Part shown: positions 64,000 to 64,000 of the stretch, piece after piece
How positions within the stretch are numbered: position 1 is the first letter of the stretch
Layout of the letters: every line of letters starts with the position of its first letter
Source: an uncultured bacterium
GTDB lineage: Bacteria; Patescibacteriota; Minisyncoccia; Phycocordibacterales; PALSA-1337
Direction: 5' to 3'
Length of the DNA: 64,000 nucleotides
Assembly (NCBI GenBank): GCA_903872035.1
Contig: CAIQIZ010000009.1
Location: 7,299 to 71,298 of the forward strand
Position numbers and translations under genes: made by a program
The notes under the pieces: model-generated
The model's input: only the letters and a program-made list of their open reading frames with translations
What the model was told of the DNA's origin: nothing
Database searches by the model: none

Positions 64000-64000
64000 G

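Overview
Bacterial chromosomal window that looks like Patescibacteria/CPR (Parcubacteria-like). That assignment is an inference from the near-leaderless gene starts, ATTT/ASTT-rich exported proteins and gene content. It has four parts. (1) 1-9.5 kb: a minus-strand cluster of exported/surface proteins, a class A beta-lactamase-like protein, a GT2-like enzyme, a methyltransferase and an O-antigen ligase/TPR gene. (2) 9.6-48.2 kb: a very large surface-glycan locus with Wzm/Wzt, 8 GT4, 3 polyprenyl-phosphate GT2, 5 GT-C membrane transferases, about 10 SAM-methyltransferase domains, a B12 radical SAM enzyme and AsnB, but no recognisable NDP-sugar synthesis genes. (3) 48-53.5 kb: a VirD4/HerA-like ATPase, a DUF4015-like hydrolase and rsmI. 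(4) 53.7-62.3 kb: an unusual cell-wall cluster (ATP-grasp ligase, NlpC/P60-like peptidase, MraY, ATE/Bpt-like aminoacyl-tRNA transferase, Mpl-like ligase, LysW-like carrier ending in DEGK, fold-type-II PLP enzyme, divergent MurD), followed by radC. The strongest candidates for something undescribed are: (a) the carrier-protein/tRNA-transferase/Mur-ligase cluster; (b) a set of rod-like palindromic elements in at least three multi-copy families with covarying stems and a shared GAGNNGA internal loop, some inserted in frame in genes and one with a 9-bp target duplication; (c) a four-helix-bundle gene enclosed by inverted heptamer arrays, with an 'empty' copy of the same arrays 1.7 kb away. No rRNA, tRNA, CRISPR array or transposase was seen. 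All functional calls come from motifs read by eye; no database searches were run.
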